From an uncultured Pirellulaceae bacterium (GTDB taxonomy: Bacteria; Planctomycetota; Planctomycetia; Pirellulales; Pirellulaceae), in the NCBI GenBank assembly GCA_964620405.1, contig CAZUJM010000008.1, forward strand, positions 1 through 60,417: a stretch of 60,417 bases of DNA, written 5' to 3'. A program made the position numbers and the translations under genes. Below the pieces are notes generated by a model, which saw only the letters and a program-made list of their open reading frames with translations, did no database searches and was not told where the DNA came from. Below are positions 60,212 to 60,417 of this stretch, one piece after another. Numbering within the stretch: the stretch's first letter is position 1; each line of letters starts with the position of its first letter.

Positions 60212-60417
60212 ATGATGGAACCGCGATACTGGATTGCCTGGGCCTGCGTGCTCGCCGGACTGGCCGTGGGACTTGGAGCGTTCGGCGCGCATGGCCTGCC
60301 CACGCGATTGGCGAGCCAAGGGGTTGAGGAGACGGTCGCCAAGCGACGGATTGAAAGCCTGGAGACCGGCGTGCGCTACCACATGTACCACGCGCTCGCC
60401 ATGCTGGGGATCGGCCT
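60212..60417 (+). CDS. DUF423 (YgdD/TMEM256-like) membrane protein, 5' part; it continues beyond the window
   Basis: A GAGGAG site lies 6 nt upstream of ATG 60212. The product MMEPRYWIAWACVLAGLAVGLGAFGAHGL....YHMYHALAMLGIG carries the GAFGAHG signature of DUF423. Confidence 0.7.
   Translation, partial: MMEPRYWIAWACVLAGLAVGLGAFGAHGLPTRLASQGVEETVAKRRIESLETGVRYHMYHALAMLGIG

Overview
This is a high-GC bacterial chromosomal segment (about two-thirds G+C by eye). The gene content looks like Planctomycetota: a DUF1501 protein, PEP-CTERM/dockerin-like proteins, FG-GAP/ASPIC (CRTAC1-like) lipoproteins, a Tat-signal Gfo/Idh/MocA oxidoreductase and several giant secreted hypothetical proteins. From left to right the window holds: the 3' end of a leuA/cimA-like gene; valS; a DUF151 nuclease; prpB-prpC; xylB; an orphan solute-binding lipoprotein; a GH-like gene plus DUF1501; a lower-GC stretch with a small Lys-rich ORF next to tRNA-Ala(CGC); several periplasmic enzymes (HEAT-repeat protein, oxidoreductase, PQQ-like propeller, S9 peptidase); a LamG/PEP-CTERM protein; three FG-GAP/ASPIC paralogs; a sucrose-synthase-like glycosyltransferase; an alpha/beta hydrolase; an ECF sigma factor; a uronate-isomerase-like gene; a second PEP-CTERM protein; a 1.15-kb structured non-coding region; suhB; an 11.6-kb operon of giant membrane-anchored proteins of unknown function; and the start of a DUF423 gene. 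Four observations stand out. (1) An in-frame TGA joins two same-frame ORFs into one FG-GAP/ASPIC-thioredoxin protein. A paralog has Cys at the aligned position and a SECIS-like hairpin lies just downstream, so this is a candidate selenocysteine codon. (2) The 48.4-60.0 kb operon is built from three tandem paralogous modules of about 1,150-1,400 aa with no domain I can name. (3) The junction between the second and third ORFs of that operon looks like a frameshift. (4) The 46.05-47.2 kb non-coding region carries three 32-bp tandem palindromic units, a long hairpin, and a promoter-plus-terminator pair that could bound a small RNA. I saw no CRISPR array, transposase, integrase, reverse transcriptase or known defence genes. 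All functional calls come from motif recognition by eye; no searches were run.
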